Shown here piece after piece: positions 8,501 through 15,876 of a DNA stretch of 28,189 nt (position 1 is its first letter; each line of letters opens with the position of its first letter). Below the pieces are notes generated by a model. The model did not search any database and was not told the origin of the DNA. It saw nothing but the letters and a program-made list of their open reading frames with translations. Location of the stretch: positions 1 to 28,189 of IMG/VR virus record IMGVR_UViG_3300025690_000006. The stretch is one strand, 5' to 3'. The position numbers were made by a program, and so were the translations under genes. Origin of the DNA: a virus (Duplodnaviria > Caudoviricetes).

Positions 8501-10992
8501 GACTTGCAAACGGAATTCGTAGCAGAGCTTCACAGGTATTTAATGACTTCTATACGTCATCTAGATCTTCGAAAAAAGCTGCCGGATTTGTTAGACGAGT
8601 AGTTGCTAGTGATACTTTAAGAATGAGGATCGGTCATCGTACTATTGATCTGGCTTTGATTCCTTGGATTCGTTCTAGAAAAATATATTTTCACGCTAAA
8701 GGATTAACACCTAATACTAAATTTACTCCGTTCTTTGATGGTAAGATAGTAACTGATTGGTGTAGAGAAGAAACCACGTTTGTTCCTTTCTCAGATAGAA
8801 CCGACGATATTGGAAATCAAGGTGCACAATATAGTGCACATCCAGACGGATCAACAGAACTCCAATCAGACGATAATGGAGAAATTATTGGATCGTTTTA
8901 CATTCCAAATAGGAAACCTCTATATTATATTTCTAAGAAATTAAGAAAGTCTAAAATCAAAACAGAGTATCTCAGATTTAGATCAGGTGTTCGTGAGTTT
9001 AAACTTTTAGACATTAATGTAAACGATTGGGCAAAAGCAAAAAGTAAAGCGTTTGGTTACTACAGCGTTGTTGGCGCATTAAATAACAAATCAAATAATA
9101 TTTTAACTACTAGAGGCTATAAAACAGTTTCACCATTAGGATTAGGATTTGCCGGGCATCCCTCTACATACTCTCCTATCGAATTGCAATCCGCTTTGAA
9201 TGGTGTATCATTAAGTGGTGGTTATACTGGTATATTTGAAGCGCAGTTAGCAGGTAAATATGGTCCAGGAACAAGTTTCTTGAACAATACTCAGTTACAA
9301 ACGTTATCAAATAATGGTGAATTGTCTCAAGTTCTGTCTGATTACATTAGTGTTAACAATAAACAATATCCTTCAGGAAGCACTTCTATTGTTCCGACTC
9401 CGCAAAATCCGCTTGCTCAAACCTTCTATGTTGATAATCAATTTGGTCTTGTGTTGACTACAGTTTCATTGTATTTTAAAACGAAGTCCACCCAAGGATT
9501 GCCAGTATCAATTCATCTAAGACCTGTTGTGAATGGTAAACCTTCTAGTACAGACATTGTACCTGATTCACACGTATTTTTAAATCCGAGTGATGTGAAA
9601 ACGCCTGAGGTAAATGAAGTAGTTACGTTGAATACAATTCAAGAAGATTTCGAAACATTATTTACATTTGAAGAACCTATATTTTTGCAACCGTGGACTA
9701 ATTACGCTATTGTTGTATCATCAGTATCAGATGAATATGAAATATATAGTGCAAAAACTAAAGAAAGCGTGTTGGGTTCTGCGGGTCGTTTGGTCACCAC
9801 TCAAGAGGGTAACGGCACACTCTTCTTACCACAGAACGGAGTTGTCTGGTTAGAATCGATGAATCAAGATCTGATGATGAAACTCACTCGGGCTAAATTC
9901 GATCTTTCGGGTGGCACTCTTATGTTGAAAAATGCACCATTGTCTGCTTTACTGTTAGAAAAAAATCCAATCAGACTTTATTCCGGATCTGACCTTGTTT
10001 ATGTCAATGCGCCTTGTCATGGTTTATCTGTTGGAGATGTCACCACATTATCGGGATGTACGACTGTTGACAATGTTTCTTCAGCCACTTTAAATACAGC
10101 ACACACAGTCGAGGCAGTGGATCTAGAAGGATATAGAATTCAAATTACTGGTATAAATCCAACTAAAGATATTAGTGGTGGCGGCGATGAGGTTCTATCA
10201 AGAAGAAATGCAATTTTTGATGTTGCAAATCCTAACATCGAATCTATCATACCAAACTTTTCTTCTGTTGACTATTCTGCTAAATTTCTTACAGGCAATC
10301 ACATATCAGATACAACAACTGTAAGATTCCGACCTAATAATCAAGCGGGTTCAATGATCGATGCTAAGTTTGAAAAAATAACTCCTGATCAAAATATTGA
10401 ATTTGATCAACCAAGAGCTATTTTTAATTCTGCAAAAATAGATGGAACTAGTGGTCTAGGTAGTACAACTCCAGGATCAAACGCATCAGTTTATGTAAAG
10501 GTTGATTTAAAAACTTCTAATGATTATATTTCACCTATCATAGATCTTCAAAGAACATCTCTTACTTTAATTGGAGAATGTTTCGACGATGGTAACACCT
10601 CACTTAATCCGGTATCAGAAACCGCCGCTAGTGGTGGAACAGCAGGATCTAAACACATCACTACACCAGTAACCCTTGAAGTTCCTGCGGTATCGATTGA
10701 CGTTAAAGCCGAAGTTACGACACCTCCAGGTTCAAACGTAGATCTGTATTATAGAACTGCTACGGCTGATCAGAATATTAGTGAAGTTTCGTGGGTTTAT
10801 CAACCACCCGAAAACTCAATTGCAAATTCTACTAGTTCAGTAGAAGCACATTGGTTACCTGGCGGCAAAAATGGCACACTACCACCTTTCCAACAAGCTC
10901 AGACTAAATTTGTCATGACTGGTATTGATCGTGCGCCTAGATTAACTATGGAAAGTAAACAAGGTATTGTGACTAGATTCTTTGCAGTTTAA
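5584..10992 (+). CDS. Large virion structural protein, VrlC / DUF4815-like
   Basis: Segments Y.DDY....NYHQILFNSGRALQARELTQLQT..Q...FG.NIFKEGS, PGADRYRI.L, LALRTNEESGDYIV.PF, AYVNGYRV, YYLPR.DKL, YTMSDIGKL..KI..L..YT.L and PLAQTF; it occupies the usual position after gp8. Confidence 0.88.
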   Translation: MPTTFTTTTLSGLYNDDYQDSDNYHQILFNSGRALQARELTQLQTMIYQEMGRFGGNIFKEGSAVSFGGVGINSFYDYVQIATIVNGVFSDIPVGTIFTNDNGVKAKVISVLNSTVSNPNTLYVSYIDGGANVASGESPSFSPSDNITAPGFGLTVWDTGQNGATSPVGRGTRVDVAGGDFFVLGRFVRATPQNLILSKFSQTANTTIGYKVIQEVVSVNDTTDLYDNSGGIINNASPGADRYRIRLELVEKTSITSDDTFVFVAKIQNSKIVEKVDVLDDYNKINDVLALRTNEESGDYIVKPFTIAFDSADDASNLSLTVSSGIAYVNGYRVENPSPIELIVPKSQSTEVVNSDVVPVIYGNYVLLDTATDLPDLTYGSLEIASDLGGSSKIGECRIRGIEPSGSGYKLYLFDVVMDAGQDFATAKSIDNGKYVITNSTGSAASLLGTTDNDLLFPTSRPRLSSLDNVIITTQRTAIKTASGTTLTLDTLTGDSYTDTSQWLIYNITDNTAVTVPTVDITNPQQATISGLIDTKQYRISYYIKTSQTATGSAFTLKSKALTTSVGSYYADVVTGEVDLGVPDVYEIDEIRIVAAGGGADNTTGADCSERFILDDGQRDNYYANSKLLLKGGESDPLRVYVAFKYYAHSTGDFFAASSYASYADIPEHTLQDGTIVSLRNYLDFRPDKDAAGAFTKISYLPRNGTSINADISYYLPRADKLLVTQEGDIQILMGQQSRDPQLKKTPDNALELYQILMNANTIDQNDVQVKPIEHKLYTMSDIGKLDNKIDELREYTELNLAELRAFHTPGLDSDGVERPDAGLIVDNGDDQSGAATDDGDYSAALDPENKLIRPKADEDNIRLICETDYGTSNIVKRGDNVYLQFDSDEWKFQDLASRSIKINPFGMVDNVGVIKMSPSTDEWKDCKSEAIKAIQGTSRLDSKQAFLWNNWQWNWKGRNDDDLWVSAGDKSRLANGIRSRASQVFNDFYTSSRSSKKAAGFVRRVVASDTLRMRIGHRTIDLALIPWIRSRKIYFHAKGLTPNTKFTPFFDGKIVTDWCREETTFVPFSDRTDDIGNQGAQYSAHPDGSTELQSDDNGEIIGSFYIPNRKPLYYISKKLRKSKIKTEYLRFRSGVREFKLLDINVNDWAKAKSKAFGYYSVVGALNNKSNNILTTRGYKTVSPLGLGFAGHPSTYSPIELQSALNGVSLSGGYTGIFEAQLAGKYGPGTSFLNNTQLQTLSNNGELSQVLSDYISVNNKQYPSGSTSIVPTPQNPLAQTFYVDNQFGLVLTTVSLYFKTKSTQGLPVSIHLRPVVNGKPSSTDIVPDSHVFLNPSDVKTPEVNEVVTLNTIQEDFETLFTFEEPIFLQPWTNYAIVVSSVSDEYEIYSAKTKESVLGSAGRLVTTQEGNGTLFLPQNGVVWLESMNQDLMMKLTRAKFDLSGGTLMLKNAPLSALLLEKNPIRLYSGSDLVYVNAPCHGLSVGDVTTLSGCTTVDNVSSATLNTAHTVEAVDLEGYRIQITGINPTKDISGGGDEVLSRRNAIFDVANPNIESIIPNFSSVDYSAKFLTGNHISDTTTVRFRPNNQAGSMIDAKFEKITPDQNIEFDQPRAIFNSAKIDGTSGLGSTTPGSNASVYVKVDLKTSNDYISPIIDLQRTSLTLIGECFDDGNTSLNPVSETAASGGTAGSKHITTPVTLEVPAVSIDVKAEVTTPPGSNVDLYYRTATADQNISEVSWVYQPPENSIANSTSSVEAHWLPGGKNGTLPPFQQAQTKFVMTGIDRAPRLTMESKQGIVTRFFAV

Positions 10993-10994
10993 TT

Positions 10995-11225
10995 ATGGAC
11001 GATTTTATTGAAGTACAAGGCTATCCGGGCTTAGTTCGTGATCAAAAGACTAATGCTATATTAAACGTCGATATGGATAAAATCGAGCGGGCCCGAATTG
11101 CCAAAAAACTACGTTTAGAAAAACGTCAGGACGAAACAATGCTAAATGCTAGACTGTATTCTTTGGAATCTGACATATCCGAAATAAAAAACGCATTGGA
11201 ACTGATAACTAAAAAACTTATATAA
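10995..11225 (+). CDS. Small hypothetical protein with C-terminal coiled coil
   Basis: V.G.PGLVRD..TNAILN.D followed by the heptad-like LESDISEIKNALELI. I recall this type following VrlC-like genes in T4-like phages. Confidence 0.8.
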   Translation: MDDFIEVQGYPGLVRDQKTNAILNVDMDKIERARIAKKLRLEKRQDETMLNARLYSLESDISEIKNALELITKKLI

Positions 11226-11228
11226 ATA
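11221..11228 (+). promoter_or_regulatory. T4-type late promoter TATAAATA
   Basis: Exact consensus overlapping the upstream stop, 26 nt before the ATG at 11255. Confidence 0.85.
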
Positions 11229-11254
11229 AACCCATATCATATGAAGTTTTATAA

Positions 11255-14200
11255 ATGTCATTTAGACCAATCCGATTTGCCAACTCTATCGAGAATGCTG
11301 GTGCAGTTAAACAGTTTACGTTAACTGACGAAGATTATTTAGCTTATGTGGCGGGAAAACATCTCAGTGAGATGGTCGAAGGCGATCCTACTACTTTAAC
11401 CAACAATTCTAGTGCCACTACTTTAAATGTAGGCACTTACGTTGATACTGTAATAAATCCTTCTGAACCCAGCGAAGGACCTAGAACCCATTCTCGTGTG
11501 TATAATGTAAATGCAACATCTGTTCCTTCTAATGGAACCAATACGCTTGAGTACGAAAACCCCGTCAATTTACCTTCATTAGTCTACGTTGACGATACTG
11601 TTAGTATTACCGTTCTTATTGATGCAACAAACGCTGGTAATGGTTTCGAAGAAATTCAAACATCTATGACCATTGGTCAAGCATCTAATAACTATGTTAT
11701 TAACTCGACTGTTATTAATCCCGTTGCTGGGTTTATAGAAACTACTGGAGTTAATGCGGAAGGAATAACAGTTTCGTGGGAAGACTTTTCTTCTTCGTCC
11801 ACTAAACTCCAAGGGCAGTATTCGGCAACATACGATATAACATTTACTGATATTGGTTATATGACTTTTGAATTTTCTACAACAGTTACAGATACCGATA
11901 ATGCAGTCTCTACTGCATCAGATTTTTTTACCTCTTTTATACGGGTAGAACGTTCAGACACTCCCGGAATATCTGAAATTGAATCTTCGGTTTATCAAAA
12001 CTCTATAGACGTAGTGCAGGAAGAAGGTGATGATAGGAAATATCCTATATTTTATGATAGATGGCGTAGAGGATTAAAGGAAACAAACGATCTTGAACTT
12101 GACGCTATGTGTCAAAGAATAGTATCTAATATAATGTCACATGAACGTTCGGGCACTTATCGTTTAGCTTCAGAATCGCCGGGTTCAGATTGGCAGGTCT
12201 CTTTACCAAACATATTTGTCGACACTCGTTATGATGGCACTGCAATTGGATACAGTATTTGGAATAGAAAATCTGAATTTCATCCAACACCTTATAAACC
12301 TTTAATGGTTAGACGCGATAATAATAATTTTGATGGTCTTCAGGAAATGACCGAAGATCAAGTGAAGTTTACATTTGGCGAAAGAGCCAAACGTATTATT
12401 ATTGAGTCAGGGATTGGTCGTTATCAATTAAGATCTAGTGAACAAGGTCCACCCACTGATGAAGGCACTTGGATTGCTAGAGGTGTAGCACTGGACACCA
12501 GAGTTTCTTATAATGTAAATGAAGGTTATGAATCCGTATCGACGTATGCAACGGATTATGAGGCTAGTTTTCTGGGTATACTTGATTACGAAACAGAATA
12601 TCAATCTACTTATACCACAGATTATGCGACCGATTATGAATCATCTTATGATACACAATATCTAAACGAGTTTTCTGAACCATATGAAGGTACTTATATA
12701 AGCACGTATCAGGGTGGTTATGAAACTGATTATTTAACTGATTATGAACAAGAATATGAACACGAATATGAGGGCACTTACAGCACGGATTTTGAAGGTA
12801 CTACGGACAGCGAATTCTATCAAACGTCATATACAGGTGAAATTGATATAGAACCTTACGATGGTGAATATCAGGGCGCTTTATATGAAGCATCGTTTGA
12901 AGGCATATACGCAGGACCATATTCTACCGATTATGAAACTATTTACTCTGGTGAATATCAATCAAGTTTTGATGGTGACTATGCTGCAACCTTTGATGGT
13001 GATTATGAAGGCAGTTTTGATGGTGACTATGCTGCAACCTTTGATGGTGATTATGAAGGCAGTTATCAAGGCAGTTACGCTGCAACTTTTGATGGACAAT
13101 ATGAACCAGACTATATTGGTAGTTACACTGCAACCTTTGATGGGCAATATGAACCTGACTATATTGGCAGTTACACTGCAACTTTTGATGGGCAATATGA
13201 GGGCAGTTATCAAGGCGGCTATGCAGTAACATTCACTGGTCAATATACAGGAACCTTTGAAGGAACTCCAGTATCTGTTCCTTATCAAGGTGATCCTGTA
13301 TCACAGACCTTTGAGGGTACTGCTGCATCACAGACTTTTGATGGTACCGCTGTATCACAAACCTTTGAAGGTACTGCTGATTCTCAAACCTTTGAAGGTT
13401 CTGCTGTATCACAAACCTTTGAAGGTACTGCTGATTCTCAAACCTTTGAAGGTACTGCTGCATCTCAAACCTTTGAAGGTACTGCTGATTCTCAAACCTT
13501 TGATGGTACTGCTGCATCACAGACTTTTGAAGGTACTGCTGCATCGGAAACCTTTGATGATGGTAATCCTTACACAGCAACGTTCACTGGATCTTATACT
13601 CCAACGTTCACTGGATCTTATACTCCAACGTTCACTGGATCTTATACTCCAACGTTTACAGGATCTTACACACCAACGTTTACAGGATCTTACACACCAA
13701 CGTTTACAGGATCTTACACACCAACGTTCACCGGATCTTATACTCCAACGTTCACCGGATCTTATACTCCAACGTTCACCGGATCTTATACTCCAACGTT
13801 TACTGGAAATTATCAAAGAACATATGTTGGTCCTTCTGGGCCCTTGATTGTAACAGGGACAGTGAACCCAAAAGGCTCGGCGATAAACAACAACGTTAAT
13901 ACGACAAACTATCCAGCGGCAGGTGGATTTTTTACTGCACAATCTGGTTCTACCATTACTATTAGTAGTACAGGAACTCTAACCAGCAATCCTTGGTCAT
14001 CACTAGGTAATGTTTTAACTTTTTATAGTCAATCATATTTTATTGGCCCCGCAAAAAATCGTAAACATAGATGTGTTTTAGTATTAGCCGGAACTCATGC
14101 TCAAAATGCCTTTACTAATATTGTAATCGCTGGCTCCGGCGGCTGGACCAATACCTTAACTACTGCTAATGCTGTTCATACTCAAGGTTCTGGATTAGGA

Positions 14201-14377
14201 AAAAACCTTTACACCTTTGGTGGAACCGGTCTTACGGGAACTCAGTGGGAATGGGCCAGCGGCAATGTAAACAGTGGTTTTGAACCGCCTTTAGGTAACG
14301 GTGATAATTCGGACGCCTTTACAGTTCTTAATCTGGCCTCAACCGCCTCACAATCTTGGACTGTGGAATTTCCCTGA
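11255..14377 (+). CDS. Putative fibre/appendage protein, chain A: base domain, Tyr/Phe-periodic repeat shaft and C-terminal tip domain
   Basis: 1040-aa ORF under a late promoter. It has a non-repetitive N-terminal ~420 aa, about 435 aa of repeats with an aromatic residue every 4-5 positions, and a ~180-aa Gly/Thr/Asn-rich C-terminal domain. Confidence 0.7.
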   Translation: MSFRPIRFANSIENAGAVKQFTLTDEDYLAYVAGKHLSEMVEGDPTTLTNNSSATTLNVGTYVDTVINPSEPSEGPRTHSRVYNVNATSVPSNGTNTLEYENPVNLPSLVYVDDTVSITVLIDATNAGNGFEEIQTSMTIGQASNNYVINSTVINPVAGFIETTGVNAEGITVSWEDFSSSSTKLQGQYSATYDITFTDIGYMTFEFSTTVTDTDNAVSTASDFFTSFIRVERSDTPGISEIESSVYQNSIDVVQEEGDDRKYPIFYDRWRRGLKETNDLELDAMCQRIVSNIMSHERSGTYRLASESPGSDWQVSLPNIFVDTRYDGTAIGYSIWNRKSEFHPTPYKPLMVRRDNNNFDGLQEMTEDQVKFTFGERAKRIIIESGIGRYQLRSSEQGPPTDEGTWIARGVALDTRVSYNVNEGYESVSTYATDYEASFLGILDYETEYQSTYTTDYATDYESSYDTQYLNEFSEPYEGTYISTYQGGYETDYLTDYEQEYEHEYEGTYSTDFEGTTDSEFYQTSYTGEIDIEPYDGEYQGALYEASFEGIYAGPYSTDYETIYSGEYQSSFDGDYAATFDGDYEGSFDGDYAATFDGDYEGSYQGSYAATFDGQYEPDYIGSYTATFDGQYEPDYIGSYTATFDGQYEGSYQGGYAVTFTGQYTGTFEGTPVSVPYQGDPVSQTFEGTAASQTFDGTAVSQTFEGTADSQTFEGSAVSQTFEGTADSQTFEGTAASQTFEGTADSQTFDGTAASQTFEGTAASETFDDGNPYTATFTGSYTPTFTGSYTPTFTGSYTPTFTGSYTPTFTGSYTPTFTGSYTPTFTGSYTPTFTGSYTPTFTGSYTPTFTGNYQRTYVGPSGPLIVTGTVNPKGSAINNNVNTTNYPAAGGFFTAQSGSTITISSTGTLTSNPWSSLGNVLTFYSQSYFIGPAKNRKHRCVLVLAGTHAQNAFTNIVIAGSGGWTNTLTTANAVHTQGSGLGKNLYTFGGTGLTGTQWEWASGNVNSGFEPPLGNGDNSDAFTVLNLASTASQSWTVEFP
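12956..13267 (+). repeat. In-frame 24-nt units forming a 48-nt higher-order repeat (YxATFDG[D/Q] alternating with YEGS/YEPD units)
   Basis: 13 consecutive 8-aa units read directly: YQSSFDGD YAATFDGD YEGSFDGD YAATFDGD YEGSYQGS YAATFDGQ YEPDYIGS YTATFDGQ YEPDYIGS YTATFDGQ YEGSYQGG YAVTFTGQ YTGTFEGT. Confidence 0.95.
13301..13570 (+). repeat. 10 x 27-nt coding tandem repeat (SQTFEGTA[A/V/D])
   Basis: Consensus tcacaaacctttgaaggtactgctgNN; 270 nt gives 10 units, the last divergent (SETFDDGNP). Confidence 0.97.
13571..13810 (+). repeat. 10 x 24-nt coding tandem repeat (YTPTFTGS)
   Basis: Consensus tatactccaacgttcacNggatct; 240 nt gives 10 units. Confidence 0.97.
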
Positions 14378-14414
14378 TGATTGAACTTATCATACAAAAC
14401 ATGAGAATATTCTA

Positions 14415-15863
14415 ATGGCGGATTTTTTAAATTTTGAAGGTCCACTAATACCAGAAAACTTTAGTGGTTCTGCTGTTAATGAAAACTTTAGTGGTTCTGC
14501 TGTTAATGAAAACTTTAGTGGTAGTGCTGTTAATGAAACCTTTGAGGGTACTGCTGTATCACAGACCTTTGAGGGTACCGCTGTATCACAAACCTTTGAG
14601 GGTACCGCTGTATCACAGACCTTTGAGGGTACTGCTGTATCACAGACCTTTGAGGGTACTGCTGTATCACAGACCTTTGAGGGTACCGCTGTATCACAAA
14701 CCTTTGAAGGTTCTCCTTACACAGCAACGTTCACCGGATCATATTCGCCAACGTTCACCGGATCTTACACTCCAACGTTTACTGGGTCATATTCGCCAAC
14801 GTTCACCGGATCTTACACCCCAACGTTTACTGGGTCATATTCGCCAACGTTCACCGGATCTTACACTCCAACGTTTACTGGGTCATATTCGCCAACGTTT
14901 ACTGGGTCTTACACACCAACGTTTACTGGGTCATATACGCCAACGTTTACTGGGCAATATGAACCTACATACATCACGGATTATGTTCCTTCTTTTGATG
15001 GAAACATTATATCTGAAGATTTTGATGGAACGGTTTTTCAAGGCATCTATGATGGAACATTGTTCACAGGATCATATGATCAAGATCCAACATTTGAAGG
15101 CAATTATACCGGAGTGTTATTCACAGGATCATATGATCAAGATCCAGCATTTGAAGGCAATTATACCGGAGTGTTATTCACAGGATCATACACTCAAGAT
15201 CCAGCATTTGAGGGTATCTATGATGGAACATTGTTCACCGGATCATATGATCAAGATCCAGTATTTACTGGTACATACGATGGTGAAATATTCACAGGAT
15301 CATATGATCAAGATCCAGTATTTACTGGTACATATGAATCTGTAATATATACTGGTGAGTATCAACATGATTATGAAACTACTTATATAGGAGATTATTC
15401 AGGCACATACGACGGTAGCATATACGAAGCGACTTTTGGAGGAACGTATGTTGGTGAATATGAGGGCGATTATCTTACAACTTATATCGGTGAATATATC
15501 GCATCTTACACCGATGATTTTGGTGGGTTATATGCGACCGACTACGCTACTGATTATGAAACAGCATACACTACAGAATATAGTGGAGAATATGAAGAAC
15601 CCTTTGATGGTATATACGAAGGAACTGAATATGAAACTGAATATGAAACCGAATATACCGGTGAGTTTTACGAAACAGAATATTCAACAGACTTTGAGGG
15701 AGACATATATACACATGTGTATTCGGTTTCAGACTATGCATCTGAATATGATACAGACTATACCACTGAGTATAGTACGGACTTAATTTACGGCGCTTCT
15801 TCTGGACTTGAAGCGCCCTATGTGAGAGTAGAGACGTGGACTTTATATGTAAGAGCGGCATAA
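14415..15863 (+). CDS. Putative fibre/appendage protein, chain B: almost pure repeat shaft ending in VETWTLYVRAA
   Basis: 482-aa ORF starting 37 nt after the chain A stop, in a different frame, with a weak GAG(A) SD. It is extremely acidic, with no Lys and Arg only in the last 13 residues. It uses the same repeat vocabulary as chain A. Confidence 0.75.
   Translation: MADFLNFEGPLIPENFSGSAVNENFSGSAVNENFSGSAVNETFEGTAVSQTFEGTAVSQTFEGTAVSQTFEGTAVSQTFEGTAVSQTFEGTAVSQTFEGSPYTATFTGSYSPTFTGSYTPTFTGSYSPTFTGSYTPTFTGSYSPTFTGSYTPTFTGSYSPTFTGSYTPTFTGSYTPTFTGQYEPTYITDYVPSFDGNIISEDFDGTVFQGIYDGTLFTGSYDQDPTFEGNYTGVLFTGSYDQDPAFEGNYTGVLFTGSYTQDPAFEGIYDGTLFTGSYDQDPVFTGTYDGEIFTGSYDQDPVFTGTYESVIYTGEYQHDYETTYIGDYSGTYDGSIYEATFGGTYVGEYEGDYLTTYIGEYIASYTDDFGGLYATDYATDYETAYTTEYSGEYEEPFDGIYEGTEYETEYETEYTGEFYETEYSTDFEGDIYTHVYSVSDYASEYDTDYTTEYSTDLIYGASSGLEAPYVRVETWTLYVRAA
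14454..14717 (+). repeat. 10 x 27-nt coding tandem repeat (3 x ENFSGSAVN + 7 x [E/Q]TFEGTAVS, last unit truncated)
   Basis: The first unit starts at 14454 and the tenth at 14697 (9 x 27 nt later). Confidence 0.97.
14718..14957 (+). repeat. 10 x 24-nt coding tandem repeat (Y[T/S]PTFTGS)
   Basis: 240 nt gives 10 units, with Ser at units 2, 4, 6 and 8. Confidence 0.97.
15036..15347 (+). repeat. 5.5 x 57-nt coding repeat (FxGxYxGxx FTGSYDQDPx)
   Basis: Units start at 15036, 15093, 15150, 15207 and 15264, with a partial unit at 15321. Confidence 0.95.
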
Positions 15864-15876
15864 ATGAGGATTTATT

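Noticed and set aside
13835-14377. Tip domain as a diversity-generating retroelement target or invertible cassette
   Set aside because: I saw no reverse transcriptase, template-repeat copy, recombinase or flanking inverted repeats in the window. Elements elsewhere in the genome cannot be excluded.
14369-14384. Simple +1 or -1 programmed frameshift fusing chain A and chain B
   Set aside because: The +1 frame stops at TGA 14382 and the -1 frame stops at TAA 14413, so neither reaches chain B in one step.
13301-14957. 24- and 27-nt direct repeats as a CRISPR array
   Set aside because: The units are contiguous with no unique spacers, have lengths that are multiples of 3, and vary mostly at synonymous positions. 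No cas genes are present.
12956-15347. Mirror symmetry explained by a DNA inverted duplication
   Set aside because: Both genes are on the + strand, and the matched blocks are not reverse complements and have different periods (48 vs 57 nt).
12861-15861. Alternative-frame and antisense ORFs over the repeats (e.g. 13257..13847, 14464..15345, 13233..13580, 13517..13942)
   Set aside because: These are shadow ORFs produced by stop-free repeat units. Third-position variation supports only the main frames.
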